Shown in pieces: positions 1-11,900 of a DNA stretch of 64,000 nucleotides. Numbering within the stretch: the stretch's first letter is position 1; each line of letters starts with the position of its first letter. Below the pieces are notes generated by a model that saw only the letters and a list, made by a program, of their open reading frames with translations, searched no databases and was not told where the DNA came from. Made by a program: the position numbers and the translations under genes. Source of the DNA: Eledone cirrhosa (lineage: Eukaryota); contig OZ024755.1 in assembly GCA_964016885.1 (NCBI GenBank), positions 38,316,001 to 38,380,000 on the forward strand, written 5' to 3'.

Positions 1-167
1 AAGGATAATTTCAGCTGGTTTGCTATCACAAATCAGTCTAGTATTTGATTGAGACATTGTTTATCAATCCCAGAACAAAGAAACCAGAGTAAATATTCTT
101 TTGAGTATTGTGGGCATTCATATATAGTGTGCACCCTTTTTTTACCAGAAACATGTCTGGAAAAGCC

Positions 168-3100
168 TAGTTACGGTGTATGAACATTAAGTTACGGTGT
201 ATAGACATTTAGTTTTGGTGTATAAACATAGGGGGTATAAACATACTTATGATGTATAAACATAGTTATGATGTATAAACACAGTTTTGATGTATAAACA
301 TAGTTTTGGTGTATAAACAGTTTTGGTGTATAAAGATAGTTTTGGTGTATAAACAGTTTTTATGTATAAACATAGTTTTGGTGTATAAACATAGTTATGC
401 TGTATAAACAGTTTTGGTGTATAAACATAGTTTTGGTGTATAAACAGTTTTGGTGTATAAACATAGTTTTGGTGTATAAACATAGTTTTGGTGTATAAAC
501 AGTTTTGGTGTATAAACATAGTTTTGGTGTATAAACATAGTTTTGGTGTATAAACATAGTTTTGGTGTATAAACAATTTTGGTGTATAAACATAGTTTTG
601 GTGTATAAACAGGTTTGGTGTATAAACATAGTTAGGGTGTATAAACATAGTTTTTGTGTATAAACATAGTTATGGTGTATAACATAGTTAGGGTGTATAA
701 CATAGTTATGGTGTATAACATCTAGTTAGGGTGTATAACATTTAGTTAGGGTGTATAACATCTAGTTTTGGTGTATAACATCTAGTTTTGGTGTATAACA
801 TCTGGTTTTGGTGTATAACATCTAGTTAGGGTGTATAACATCTAGTTAGGGTGTATAACATCTATTTTTGGTGTATAACATCTAGTTAGGGTGTATAACA
901 TCTAGTTTTGGTGTATAACATCTAGTTAGGGTGTATAACATCTAGTTAGGGTGTAAAACATTTAGTTTTGGTGTATAACATCTGGTTTTGGTGTATAACA
1001 TCTAGTGTTGGTGTATAACATCTAGTTAGTGTGTATAACATCTAGTTAGGGTGTATAACATCTAGTTAGGGTGTATAACATCTAGTTTTGGTGTATAACA
1101 TCTAGTTTTGGTGTATAACATCTGGTTTTGGTGTATAACATCTAGTTAGGGTGTATAACATCTAGTTAGGGTGTATAACATCTAGTTAGGGTGTATAACA
1201 TCTAGTTTTGGTGTATAACATCTAGTTATGGTGTATAACATCTAGTTTTGGTGTATAACATCTAGTTAGGGTGTATAACATCTAGTTAGGGTGTATAACA
1301 TCTAGTTTTGGTGTATAACATCTAGTTAGGGTGTATAACATCTAGTTTTGATGTATAACATCTAGTTTTGATGTATAACATCTAGTTTTGGTGTATAACA
1401 TCTAGTTAGGGTGTATAATATCTAGTTTTGGTGTATAACATCTGGTTTTGGTGTATAACATCTAGTTTTGGTGTATAACATCTAGTTAGGGTGTATAGCA
1501 TCTAGTTTTGGTGTATAACATCTAGTTTTGGTGTATAACATCTAGTTAGGGTGTATAACATCTAGTTTTGGTGTATAACGTCTAGTTTTGGTGTATAACG
1601 TCTAGTTAGGGTGTATAACATCTAGTTTTGGTGTATAACATCTAGTTAGGGTGTATAACATCTAGTTTTGATGTATAACATCTAGTTTTGATGTATAACA
1701 TCTAGTTTTGGTGTATAACATCTAGTTAGGGTGTATAATATCTAGTTTTGGTGTATAACATCTGGTTTTGGTGTATAACATCTAGTTTTGGTGTATAACA
1801 TCTAGTTTTGGTGTATAACATCTAGTTAGGGTGTATAACATCTAGTTTTGGTGTATAACATTTAGTTTTGGTGTATAACATTTAGTTTTGGTGTATAACA
1901 TTTAGTTTTGGTGTATAACATCTAGTTTTGGTGTATAACATCAAGTTTTGGTGTATAACATCTAGTTCTGGTGTATAACATCTAGTTTTGGTGTATAACA
2001 TCTAGTTCTGGTGTATAACATCTAGTTTTGGTGTATAACATCTAGTTAGGGTGTATAACATCTAGTTTTGGTGTATATAATCTAGTTAGGGTGTATAACA
2101 TCTAGTTAGTGTGTATAACATCTAGTTTTGGTGTATAACACCTAGTTAGGGTGTATAACATCTAGTTCTGGTGTATAACATCTAGTTTTGGTGTATATCA
2201 TTTAGTTTTGGTGTATAACATTTAGTTTTGGTGTATAACATTTAGTTTTGGTGTATAACATCTAGTTTTGGTGTATAACATCTAGTTAGGGTGTATAACA
2301 TCTAGTTAGGTTGTATAACATCTAGTTAGTGTGTATAGCATCTAGTTAGGGTATATAACATCTAGTTTTGGTGTATAACATCTAGTTTTGGTGTATAACA
2401 TCTAGTTAGTGTGTATAACATCTAGTTAGTATGTATAACATCTAGTTTTGGTGTATAACATCTAGTTAGTGTGTATAACATCTAGTTTTGCTGTATAATA
2501 TCTAGTTAGTGTGTATAACATCTAGTTCTGGTGTATAACATCTAGTTTTGCTGTATAACATCTAGTTTTGCTGTATAACATCTAGTTAGTGTGTATAACA
2601 TCTAGTTTTGGTGTATAACATCTAGTTAGTGTGTATAACATCTAGTTAGTGTGTATAACATCTAGTTAGTGTGTATAACATCTAGTTTTGGTGTATAACA
2701 TATAGTTAGTGTGTATAACATCTAGTTTTGCTGTATAATATCTAGTTAGTGTGTATAACATCTAGTTCTGGTGTATAACATCTAGTTTTGGTGTATAACA
2801 TCTAGTTTTGGTGTATAACATCTAGTTTTGGTGTATAACATCTAGTTTTGCTGTATAACATCTATTTTTGGTGTATAACATCTAGTTTTGGTGTATAACA
2901 TCTAGTTTTGCTGTATAACATCTAGTTAGTGTGTATAACATCTAGTTTTGGTGTGTAACATCTAGTTAGTGTGTATAACATCTAGTTTTGGTGTATAACA
3001 TCTAGTTTTGGTGTATAACATCTAGTGTTGGTGTATAACATCTAGTGTTGGTGTATAACATATAGTTAGTGTGTATAACATCTAGTTTTGCTGTATAATA

Positions 3101-3272
3101 TCTAGTTAGTGTGTATAACATCTAGTTCTGGTGTATAACATCTAGTTCTGGTGTATAACATCTAGTTCTGGTGTATAACATCTAGTTTTGGTGTATAACA
3201 TCTAGTTTTGGTGTATAACATCTAGTTTTGGTGTATATAATCTAGTTAGGGTGTATATAACATTTAGTTGTG
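168..3272. repeat. Minisatellite: 17/19-bp units (to ~700), then 20-bp TCTAGTTTTGGTGTATAACA / TCTAGTTAGGGTGTATAACA
   Basis: Exact 20-bp register visible from 721 to ~3260. Confidence 0.97.
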
Positions 3273-3458
3273 GTAATCTATTGATTCTGACCAGTGACCA
3301 GTGCTCTATTAATTCTGACCACTGACCATAAGTGATATTCACCAATATGATACAGTCGCAACATGCCCTTCTCATATTCTCTCTTTACTTTTAACATCTC
3401 GTAATAATTTCATAATGTCTAAAATATATACTTCAAATGTTTATAGAATCTTTATTAA

Positions 3459-3666
3459 CCCTTTAGCATTTAAACCAGCCGTATCTTGTCAGTATTCTCT
3501 CACCTCTTTTTGTTTAAACTGGCCATAACTGGCTGCTCATACTTATGTTAAGGTATTGTTCTTAAAATAAATAATATCAAAAACTCATAGATTCAATATT
3601 ATGTGAGATAAAGTTTTTGCCATGAAAATATAATAATAAATATAGAGTAATGTAAATCCTAATGGG
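3459..3666. mobile_element. piggyBac-type MITE
   Basis: TTAA|CCCTTTAGCATTTA...TAAATCCTAATGGG|TTAA. Homologous to 24778-24977. Confidence 0.78.
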
Positions 3667-3905
3667 TTAATGGGCATATCTTTGTGAAAATTTACAGTAT
3701 TAGAGTAAATATTTGTTCTCTTTTGTACTTTTCAAGAATATCTTGTTAATGTGGTTTCATGCAGTACAGGATGTTACACTTAATAAGCTATATTTCCTAG
3801 CATATATATATATATATGCACACACACACATGCGCACACACATACATACACACACTCACACATACATACATACACACACTCACACATACATACATACATA
3901 CATAT

Positions 3906-3953
<48 letters not shown>

Positions 3954-4006
3954 ATTTAAAACTGCACTATTCACAAGTGTATTTTAACCTTCATATCATG
4001 TCTTCC

Positions 4007-4077
4007 TATTTTATCTGACGAAAACACAAATGTTATTGCATGATGATATTTGTTTTTGAAATGCGCATAATAAAATA
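4007..4077 (+). ncRNA. Minimal hammerhead ribozyme, same family as 18262-18332, in a PLE 3'-end fragment (~3948-4105)
   Basis: TATTTTAT-CTGACGA-stem II-GAAA-TGCGCA-TA-ATAAAATA. The flanking sequence matches ~19976-20110. Confidence 0.75.
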
Positions 4078-4310
4078 CATGGAACTCTTTTAACCATTTT
4101 TTGATACACACTGTCACACATACATACATACACACTCACACATACGTACATACATACATACATATACACACATATATATATATAAAGCACACACACACCT
4201 GTAATTTCAAAGAGAAAATTTAGCATAGGTGTATATATTGTATAGATACATTAATGACAATATCTTTGACATCTGTTTGAAGAATATTTCCTCTTGTATA
4301 ATTTTCACAG

Positions 4311-4411
4311 CTTACAAACACCAAACATCAGACATCAAGCGGAGTCCATCTGCGATTGAAAAGGAGAGGAGACGAAAAGAAGAAGATGAAGAATACAGAA
4401 AAAAGAGATTG
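4311..4411 (+). CDS. SORBS1: Internal coding exon A of a CAP/SORBS-family (sorbin and SH3 domain-containing) gene: (A)YKHQTSDIKRSPSAIEKERRRKEEDEEYRKKRL
   Basis: Acceptor ttttcacAG|4311 and donor TTG|GTAAGT at 4412. The 101-nt exon runs phase 1 to 0 and joins the 24410 exon in frame. Gene identity comes from the downstream exons; the symbol is a family-level call (invertebrate CAP). Confidence 0.75.
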
Positions 4412-4421
4412 GTAAGTATAT

Positions 4422-4768
4422 ATCATCACCATTTCATCATTTCATTTTACGTCCACTTTTCCCTGCTTGCAAGGGTGGGACGGGATCTGATTCTGGCTTG
4501 ATTTCTACAGCTGGATGCCCTTCCTAACACCAACCTCATTTAGAGTCAGTGCTGGGTGCTTTTTTTGCCGTGGCACCTCCACGACCACTTTGCAGTGGAA
4601 TTATAGGGACCCCAGTCCCTATCATCTCATTTCTACAGCTGAGTAAACTGGAGCAATGTGAAATAAAGTGTCTTGCTCAAGGAAACAACACATCACCCGG
4701 TCTGAGAATTGAACTCACAACCTTTCGATTGCAAGGCCAATGCTCTAACCACTAAGCCATGTGCCTCC
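4422..4768 (-). mobile_element. tRNA-derived SINE with CORE-like domain and RTE/Ceph-type 3' tail
   Basis: Head TGGCTTAGTGG...GAGTTCAATTC (A/B boxes) and CORE-like CCTTGAGCAAGACACTT...CTCAGCTGTAGAAATGAG. The tail GTTAGGAAGGGCATCCAGCTGTAGAAA...ATGATGAT is shared with the RTE 3'UTR. Confidence 0.88.
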
Positions 4769-4940
4769 ATGTGTGTGTTTATATGTCCTCATCATTGCTT
4801 TACATGTTGGCATGGGCTGGAAGGTACGATTTGAGGCAATGTTTCACAGCCAGGTGCTCTTCCGGACACCTAACCCTTTTAGTCACCTCTTTACGACACA
4901 CACGGATATGGGATACGGTGGATCTACTTTAAATATCAAG

Positions 4941-5542
4941 ATGCACATGTATGTGTGTGTGTCTGTGTATGTATGCCTGTATGTCTGTGTATGTGTGTAT
5001 GTATGCCTGTATGTGTGTGTGTTTGTATGTATGTCAGTCTGTGAGTGTGTGCCTGTGTATATGTCTGTATGTATGCCAGTATGTGTGTGCCTGTGTATAT
5101 ATGTCTGAATGTGTGTGTGCCTGTGTATGTATGTCTGTATGTGTGTATGTGTCTGTATGTATGCCTGTATGTGTGTGTGTCTGTATGTGTGTGCCTGTGT
5201 ATGTATGTCTGTATGTGTGTGCCAGTGTATGTATGTCTGTATGTGTGTGCCAGTGTATGTATGTCTGTATGTGTGTGTGTGTGTCTGTTTATGTCAGTAT
5301 GTGTATGCCATATATGTATGTGTGTGTGTGCCTGTGTATGTATGTAAGTCTGTGTGTGTGTATGCCATGTATGTATGTGTGTGTGTATGTGCCAGTGTAT
5401 GAATGTAAGTGTGTGTGTGCTCATGTATGTATGTCTGTGTGTGCCTGTGTATGTATGTAAGTCTGTGTGCCTGTGTGTGTATGTCAGTATGTGTGTATGT
5501 ATGTATGTGTGTATGTATGTATGTCAGTGTATATGTGTGTGT
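4941..5542. repeat. Compound (GT)/(GTAT) microsatellite
   Basis: Direct reading. Confidence 0.9.
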
Positions 5543-5957
5543 AAAGGAATGAACCTCTATCAGTTTTGATAGGGAGTGTACCAGCTGTCTCAGCCCACAG
5601 AACAACTTATGAAGCTAATTAATGGGTAAGTGGCTGAGTATTCCATAGTCACAAGTAGCCCCTCTCTCTTTCGCTCATACTCGCAATCCTCTCTCTACCA
5701 GAATTGAAGGAATGGTATTTAGGGGGAAAAATGATTAAATTTGTCCTGCTCTAAATATATGTCTCTGACTGTTGTAGCTAGGACAACACGAATACCAAGG
5801 TTTATTGGCCCTTGCCTTTCCTTGCACCTCCAAAAAGAACCTTCTAGGTGCTGATCTAGCTGCTGTTCCCACGAGATATAACAATTACCTGAATATTATT
5901 TCATTATTATCATCTGTTTACTTTACCAAGTTGTTACAGACCAAGTTAGGGCCTAAT

Positions 5958-8900
5958 CAGAGCTACTATTCCCCTTAGACCAGTGGTTCCCAGAGCTACT
6001 GTTGACCTTAGACCAGTGGTTCCCAGAGCTACTGTTGACCTTAGAACAGTGGTTCCCAGAGCTACTGTTGACCTTAGACCAGTGGTTCCCAGAGCTACTG
6101 TTGAACTTAGACCAGTGGTTCCCAGAGCTACTGTTGAACTTAGACCAGTGGTTCCCAGAGCTACTGTTGACCTTAGACCAGTGGTTCCCAGAGCTACTGT
6201 TGAACTTAGACCAGTGGTTCCCAGAGCTACTGTTGACCTTAGACCAGTGGTTCCCAGAGCTACTGTTGAACTTAGACCAGTGGTTCCCAGAGCTACTGTT
6301 GAACTTAGACCAGTGGTTCCCAGAGCTACTGTTGAACTTAGACCAGTGGTTCCCAGAGCTACTGTTGACCTTAGACCAGTGGTTCCCAGAGCTACTGTTG
6401 ACCTTAGACCAGTGGTTCCCAGAGCTACTGTTGAACTTAGACCAGTGGTTCCCAGAGCTACTGTTGACCTTAGACCAGTGGTTCCCAGAGCTATTGTTGA
6501 CCTTACACCAGTGGTTCCAGAGCTACTGTTGACCTTAGACCAGTGGTTCCCAGAACTACTGTTGACCTTAGACCAGTGGTTCCCAGAGCTATTGTTCCCC
6601 TTAGACCAGTGGTTCCCAGAGCTACTGTTGACCTTAGACCAGTGGTTCCCAGAGCTACTGTTGACCTTAGACCAGTAGTTCCCAGAGCTACTGTTGACCT
6701 TAGACCAGTAGTTCCCAGAGCTACTGTTGACCTTAGACCAGTGGTTCCCAGAGCTACTGTTGACCTTAGACCAGTAGTTCCCAGAGCTACTGTTCCCCTT
6801 AGACCAGTGCTCCCCAGAACTACTGTTGACCTTAGACCAGTAGTTCCCAGAGCTACTGTTGACCTTAGACCAGTAGTTCCCAGAGCTACTGTTCCCCTTA
6901 GACCAGTGGTCCCCAGAACTACTGTTGACCTTAGACCAGTGGTTCCCAGAGCTACTGTTGACCTTAGACCAGTGGTTCCCAGAGCTACTGTTCCCCTTAG
7001 ACCAGTAGTTCCCAGAGCTACTGTTCCCCTTAGACCAGTAGTTCCCAGAGCTACTGTTGACCTTAGACCAGTGGTTCCCAGAGCTACTGTTGACCTTAGA
7101 CCAGTAGTTCCCAGAGCTACTGTTGACCTTAGACCAGTAGTTCCCAGAGCTACTGTTGACCTTAGACCAGTAGTTCCCAGAGCTACTGTTGACCTTAGAC
7201 CAGTAGTTCCCAGAGCTACTGTTGAACATAGACCAGTAGTTCCCAGAGCTACTGTTGACCTTAGACCAGTAGTTCCCAGAGCTACTGTTCCCCTTAGACC
7301 AGTGGTCCCCAGAACTACTGTTGACCTTAGACCAGTGGTTCCCAGAGCTACTGTTGACCTTAGACCAGTGGTTCCCAGAGCTACTGTTCCCCTTAGACCA
7401 GTAGTTCCCAGAGCTACTGTTCCCCTTAGACCAGTAGTTCCCAGAGCTACTGTTGACCTTAGACCAGTGGTTCCCAGAGCTACTGTTGACCTTAGACCAG
7501 TAGTTCCCAGAGCTACTGTTGACCTTAGACCAGTAGTTCCCAGAGCTACTGTTGACCTTAGACCAGTAGTTCCCAGAGCTACTGTTGACCTTAGACCAGT
7601 AGTTCCCAGAGCTACTGTTGAACATAGACCAGTAGTTCCCAGAGCTACTGTTGACCTTAGACCAGTGGTTCCCAGAGCTACTGTTCCCCTTAGACCAGTG
7701 GTTCCCAGAGCTATTGTTCCCCTTAGACCAGTGGTTCCCAGAGCTACTGTTCCCCTTAGACCAGTAGTTCCCAGAGCTACTGTTGACCTTAGACCAGTGG
7801 TTCCCAGAGCTACTGTTCCCCTTAGACCAGTAGTTCCCAGAGCTATTGTTGACCTTAGACCAGTGGTTCCCAGAGCTACTGTTCCCCTTAGACCAGTAGT
7901 TCCCAGAGCTACTGTTGACCTTAGACCAGTGGTTCCCAGAGCTACTGTTCCCCTTAGACCAGTGGTTCCCAGAACTACTGTTCCCCTTAGACCAGTGGTT
8001 CCCAGAGCTACTGTTCCCATTAGACCAGTAGTTCCCAGAGCTACTGTTGACCTTAGACCAGTGGTTCCCAGAGCTACTGTTCCCCTTAGACCAGTAGTTC
8101 CCAGAGCTATTGTTGACCTTAGACCAGTGGTTCCCAGAGCTACTGTTCCCCTTAGACCAGTAGTTCCCAGAGCTACTGTTGACCTTAGACCAGTGGTTCC
8201 CAGAGCTATTGTTGACCTTAGACCAGTGGTTCCCAGAGCTATTGTTCCCCTTAGACCAGTGGTTCCCAGAGCTACTGTTCCCCTTAGACCAGTGGTTCCC
8301 AGAGCTACTGTTCCCATTAGACCAGTAGTTCCCAGAGCTACTGTTGACCTTAGACCAGTGGTTCCCAGAGCTATTGTTGACCTTAGACCAGTGGTTCCCA
8401 GAGCTATTGTTCCCCTTAGACCAGTGGTTCCCAGAGCTACTGTTCCCCTTAGACCAGTGGTTCCCAGAGCTACTGTTCCCATTAGACCAGTAGTTCCCAG
8501 AGCTACTGTTGACCTTAGACCAGTGGTTCCCAGAGCTACTGTTCCCCTTAGACCAGTAGTTCCCAGAGCTACTGTTCCCCTTAGACCAGTAGTTCCCAGA
8601 GCTACTGTTGACCTTAGACCAGTGGTTCCCAGAGCTACTGTTGACCTTAGACCAGTAGTTCCCAGAGCTACTGTTGACCTTAGACCAGTAGTTCCCAGAG
8701 CTACTGTTGACCTTAGACCAGTAGTTCCCAGAGCTACTGTTGACCTTAGACCAGTAGTTCCCAGAGCTACTGTTGAACATAGACCAGTAGTTCCCAGAGC
8801 TACTGTTGACCTTAGACCAGTGGTTCCCAGAGCTACTGTTCCCCTTAGACCAGTGGTTCCCAGAGCTATTGTTCCCCTTAGACCAGTGGTTCCCAGAGCT

Positions 8901-11900
8901 ACTGTTCCCCTTAGACCAGTAGTTCCCAGAGCTACTGTTGACCTTAGACCAGTGGTTCCCAGAGCTACTGTTCCCCTTAGACCAGTAGTTCCCAGAGCTA
9001 TTGTTGACCTTAGACCAGTGGTTCCCAGAGCTACTGTTCCCCTTAGACCAGTAGTTCCCAGAGCTACTGTTGACCTTAGACCAGTGGTTCCCAGAGCTAC
9101 TGTTCCCCTTAGACCAGTGGTTCCCAGAACTACTGTTCCCCTTAGACCAGTGGTTCCCAGAGCTACTGTTCCCATTAGACCAGTAGTTCCCAGAGCTACT
9201 GTTGACCTTAGACCAGTGGTTCCCAGAGCTACTGTTCCCCTTAGACCAGTAGTTCCCAGAGCTATTGTTGACCTTAGACCAGTGGTTCCCAGAGCTACTG
9301 TTCCCCTTAGACCAGTAGTTCCCAGAGCTACTGTTGACCTTAGACCAGTGGTTCCCAGAGCTATTGTTGACCTTAGACCAGTGGTTCCCAGAGCTATTGT
9401 TCCCCTTAGACCAGTGGTTCCCAGAGCTACTGTTCCCCTTAGACCAGTGGTTCCCAGAGCTACTGTTCCCATTAGACCAGTAGTTCCCAGAGCTACTGTT
9501 GACCTTAGACCAGTGGTTCCCAGAGCTATTGTTGACCTTAGACCAGTGGTTCCCAGAGCTATTGTTCCCCTTAGACCAGTGGTTCCCAGAGCTACTGTTC
9601 CCCTTAGACCAGTGGTTCCCAGAGCTACTGTTCCCATTAGACCAGTAGTTCCCAGAGCTACTGTTGACCTTAGACCAGTGGTTCCCAGAGCTACTGTTCC
9701 CCTTAGACCAGTAGTTCCCAGAGCTATTGTTGACCTTAGACCAGTGGTTCCCAGAGCTACTGTTCCCCTTAGACCAGTAGTTCCCAGAGCTACTGTTGAC
9801 CTTAGACCAGTGGTTCCCAGAGCTACTGTTCCCCTTAGACCAGTGGTTCCCAGAACTACTGTTGACCTTAGACCAGTGGTTCCCAGAGCTATTGTTCCCC
9901 TTAGACCAGTGGTTCCCAGACCTACTGTTGACCTTAGACCAGTGGTTCCCAGAGCTATTGTTCCCCTTAGACCAGTGGTTCCCAGAGCTACTGTTGACCT
10001 TAGACCAGTGGTTCCCAGAGCTACTGTTGACCTTAGACCAGTGGTTCCCAGAGCTACTGTTGACCTTAGACCAGTAGTTCCCAGAACTACTGTTGACCTT
10101 AGACCAGTGGTTCCCAGAGCTACTGTTGACCTTAGACCAGTAGTTCCCAGAGCTACTGTTCCCCTTAGACCAGTAGTTCCCAGAGCTACTGTTCCCCTTA
10201 GACCAGTAGTTCCCAGAGCTACTGTTGACCTTAGACCAGTAGTTCCCAGAGCTACTGTTGACCTTAGACCAGTGGTTCCCACAGCTACTGTTGACCTTAG
10301 ACCAGTGGTTCCCAGAGCTACTGTTGACCTTAGACCAGTGGTTCCCAGAGCTACTGTTGACCTTAGACCAGTGGTTCCCACAGCTACTGTTGACCTTAGA
10401 CCAGTGGTTCCCAGAGCTACTGTTGACCTTAGACCAGTGGTTCCCACAGCTACTGTTGACTTTAGACCAGTGGTTCCCAGAGCTACTGTTGACCTTAGAC
10501 CAGTGGTTCCCACAGCTACTGTTGACCTTAGACCAGTGGTTCCCAGAGCTACTGTTGACCTTAGACTAGTGGTTCCCAGAGCTACTGTTGACCTTAGACC
10601 AGTGGTTCCCAGAGCTACTGTTGACCTTAGACCAGTGGTTCCCATAGCTACTGTTGACCTTAGACCAGTGGTTCCCAGAGCTACTGTTGACCTTAGACCA
10701 GTGGTTCCCAGAGCTACTGTTGACCTTAGACCAGTGGTTCCCAGAGCTACTGTTGACCTTAGACCAGTAGTTCCCAGAGCTACTGTTCCCCTTAGACCAG
10801 TAGTTCCCAGAGCTACTGTTGACCTTAGACCAGTGGTTCACACAGCTACTGTTGACCTTAGACCAGTGGTTCCCAGAGCTACTGTTGACCTTAGACCAGT
10901 GGTTCCCAGGGCTACTGTTGACCTTAGACCAGTAGTTCCCAGAGCTACTGTTGACCTTAGACCAGTGGTTCCCAGAGCTACTGTTGACCTTAGACCAGTG
11001 GTTCCCAGAGCTACTGTTGACCTTAGACCAGTGGTCCCCAGAGCTACTGTTGACCTTAGACCAGTGGTTCCCAGAGCTACTGTTGACCTTAGACCAGTGG
11101 TTCCCAGAGCTACTGTTGACCTTAGACCAGTAGTTCCCAGAGCTACTGTTGACCTTAGACCAGTAGTTCCCAGAGCTACTGTTGACCTTAGACCAGTGGT
11201 TCCCAGAGCTACTGTTCCCCTTAGACCAGTGGTTCCCAGAGCTACTGTTGACCTTAGACCAGTGGTTCCCAGAGCTACTGTTGACCTTAGACTAGTGGTT
11301 CCCAGAGCTACTGTTGACCTTAGACCAGTGGTTCCCAGAGCTACTGTTGACCTTAGACCAGTGGTTCCCAGAGCTACTGTTGACCTTAGACCAGTGGTTT
11401 CCAGAGCTATTGTTGACCTTAGACCAGTGGTTCCCAGAGCTATTGTTGACCTTAGACCAGTGGTTCCCAGAGCTACCGTTCCCCTTAGACCAGTGGTTCC
11501 CAGAGCTACTGTTGACCTTAGACCAGTGGTTCCCAGAGCTACTGTTCCCCTTAGACTAGTGGTTCCCAGAGCTACTGTTGACCTTAGACCAGTGGTTCCC
11601 AGAGCTACTGTTGACCTTAGACCAGTGGTTCCCAGAGCTACTGTTGACCTTAGACCAGTGGTTCCCAGAGCTACTGTTGACCTTAGACCAGTGGTCCCCA
11701 GAGCTACTGTTGACCTTAGACTAGTGGTTCCCAGAGCTACTGTTGACCTTAGACCAGTGGTTCCCAGACCTACTGTTCCACTTAGACCAGTGGTTCCCAG
11801 AGCTACTGTTGACCTTAGACCAGTGGTTCCCAGAGCTATTGTTGACCTTAGACCAGTGGTTCCCAGAGCTACTGTTCCCCTTAGACCAGTGGTTCCCAGA

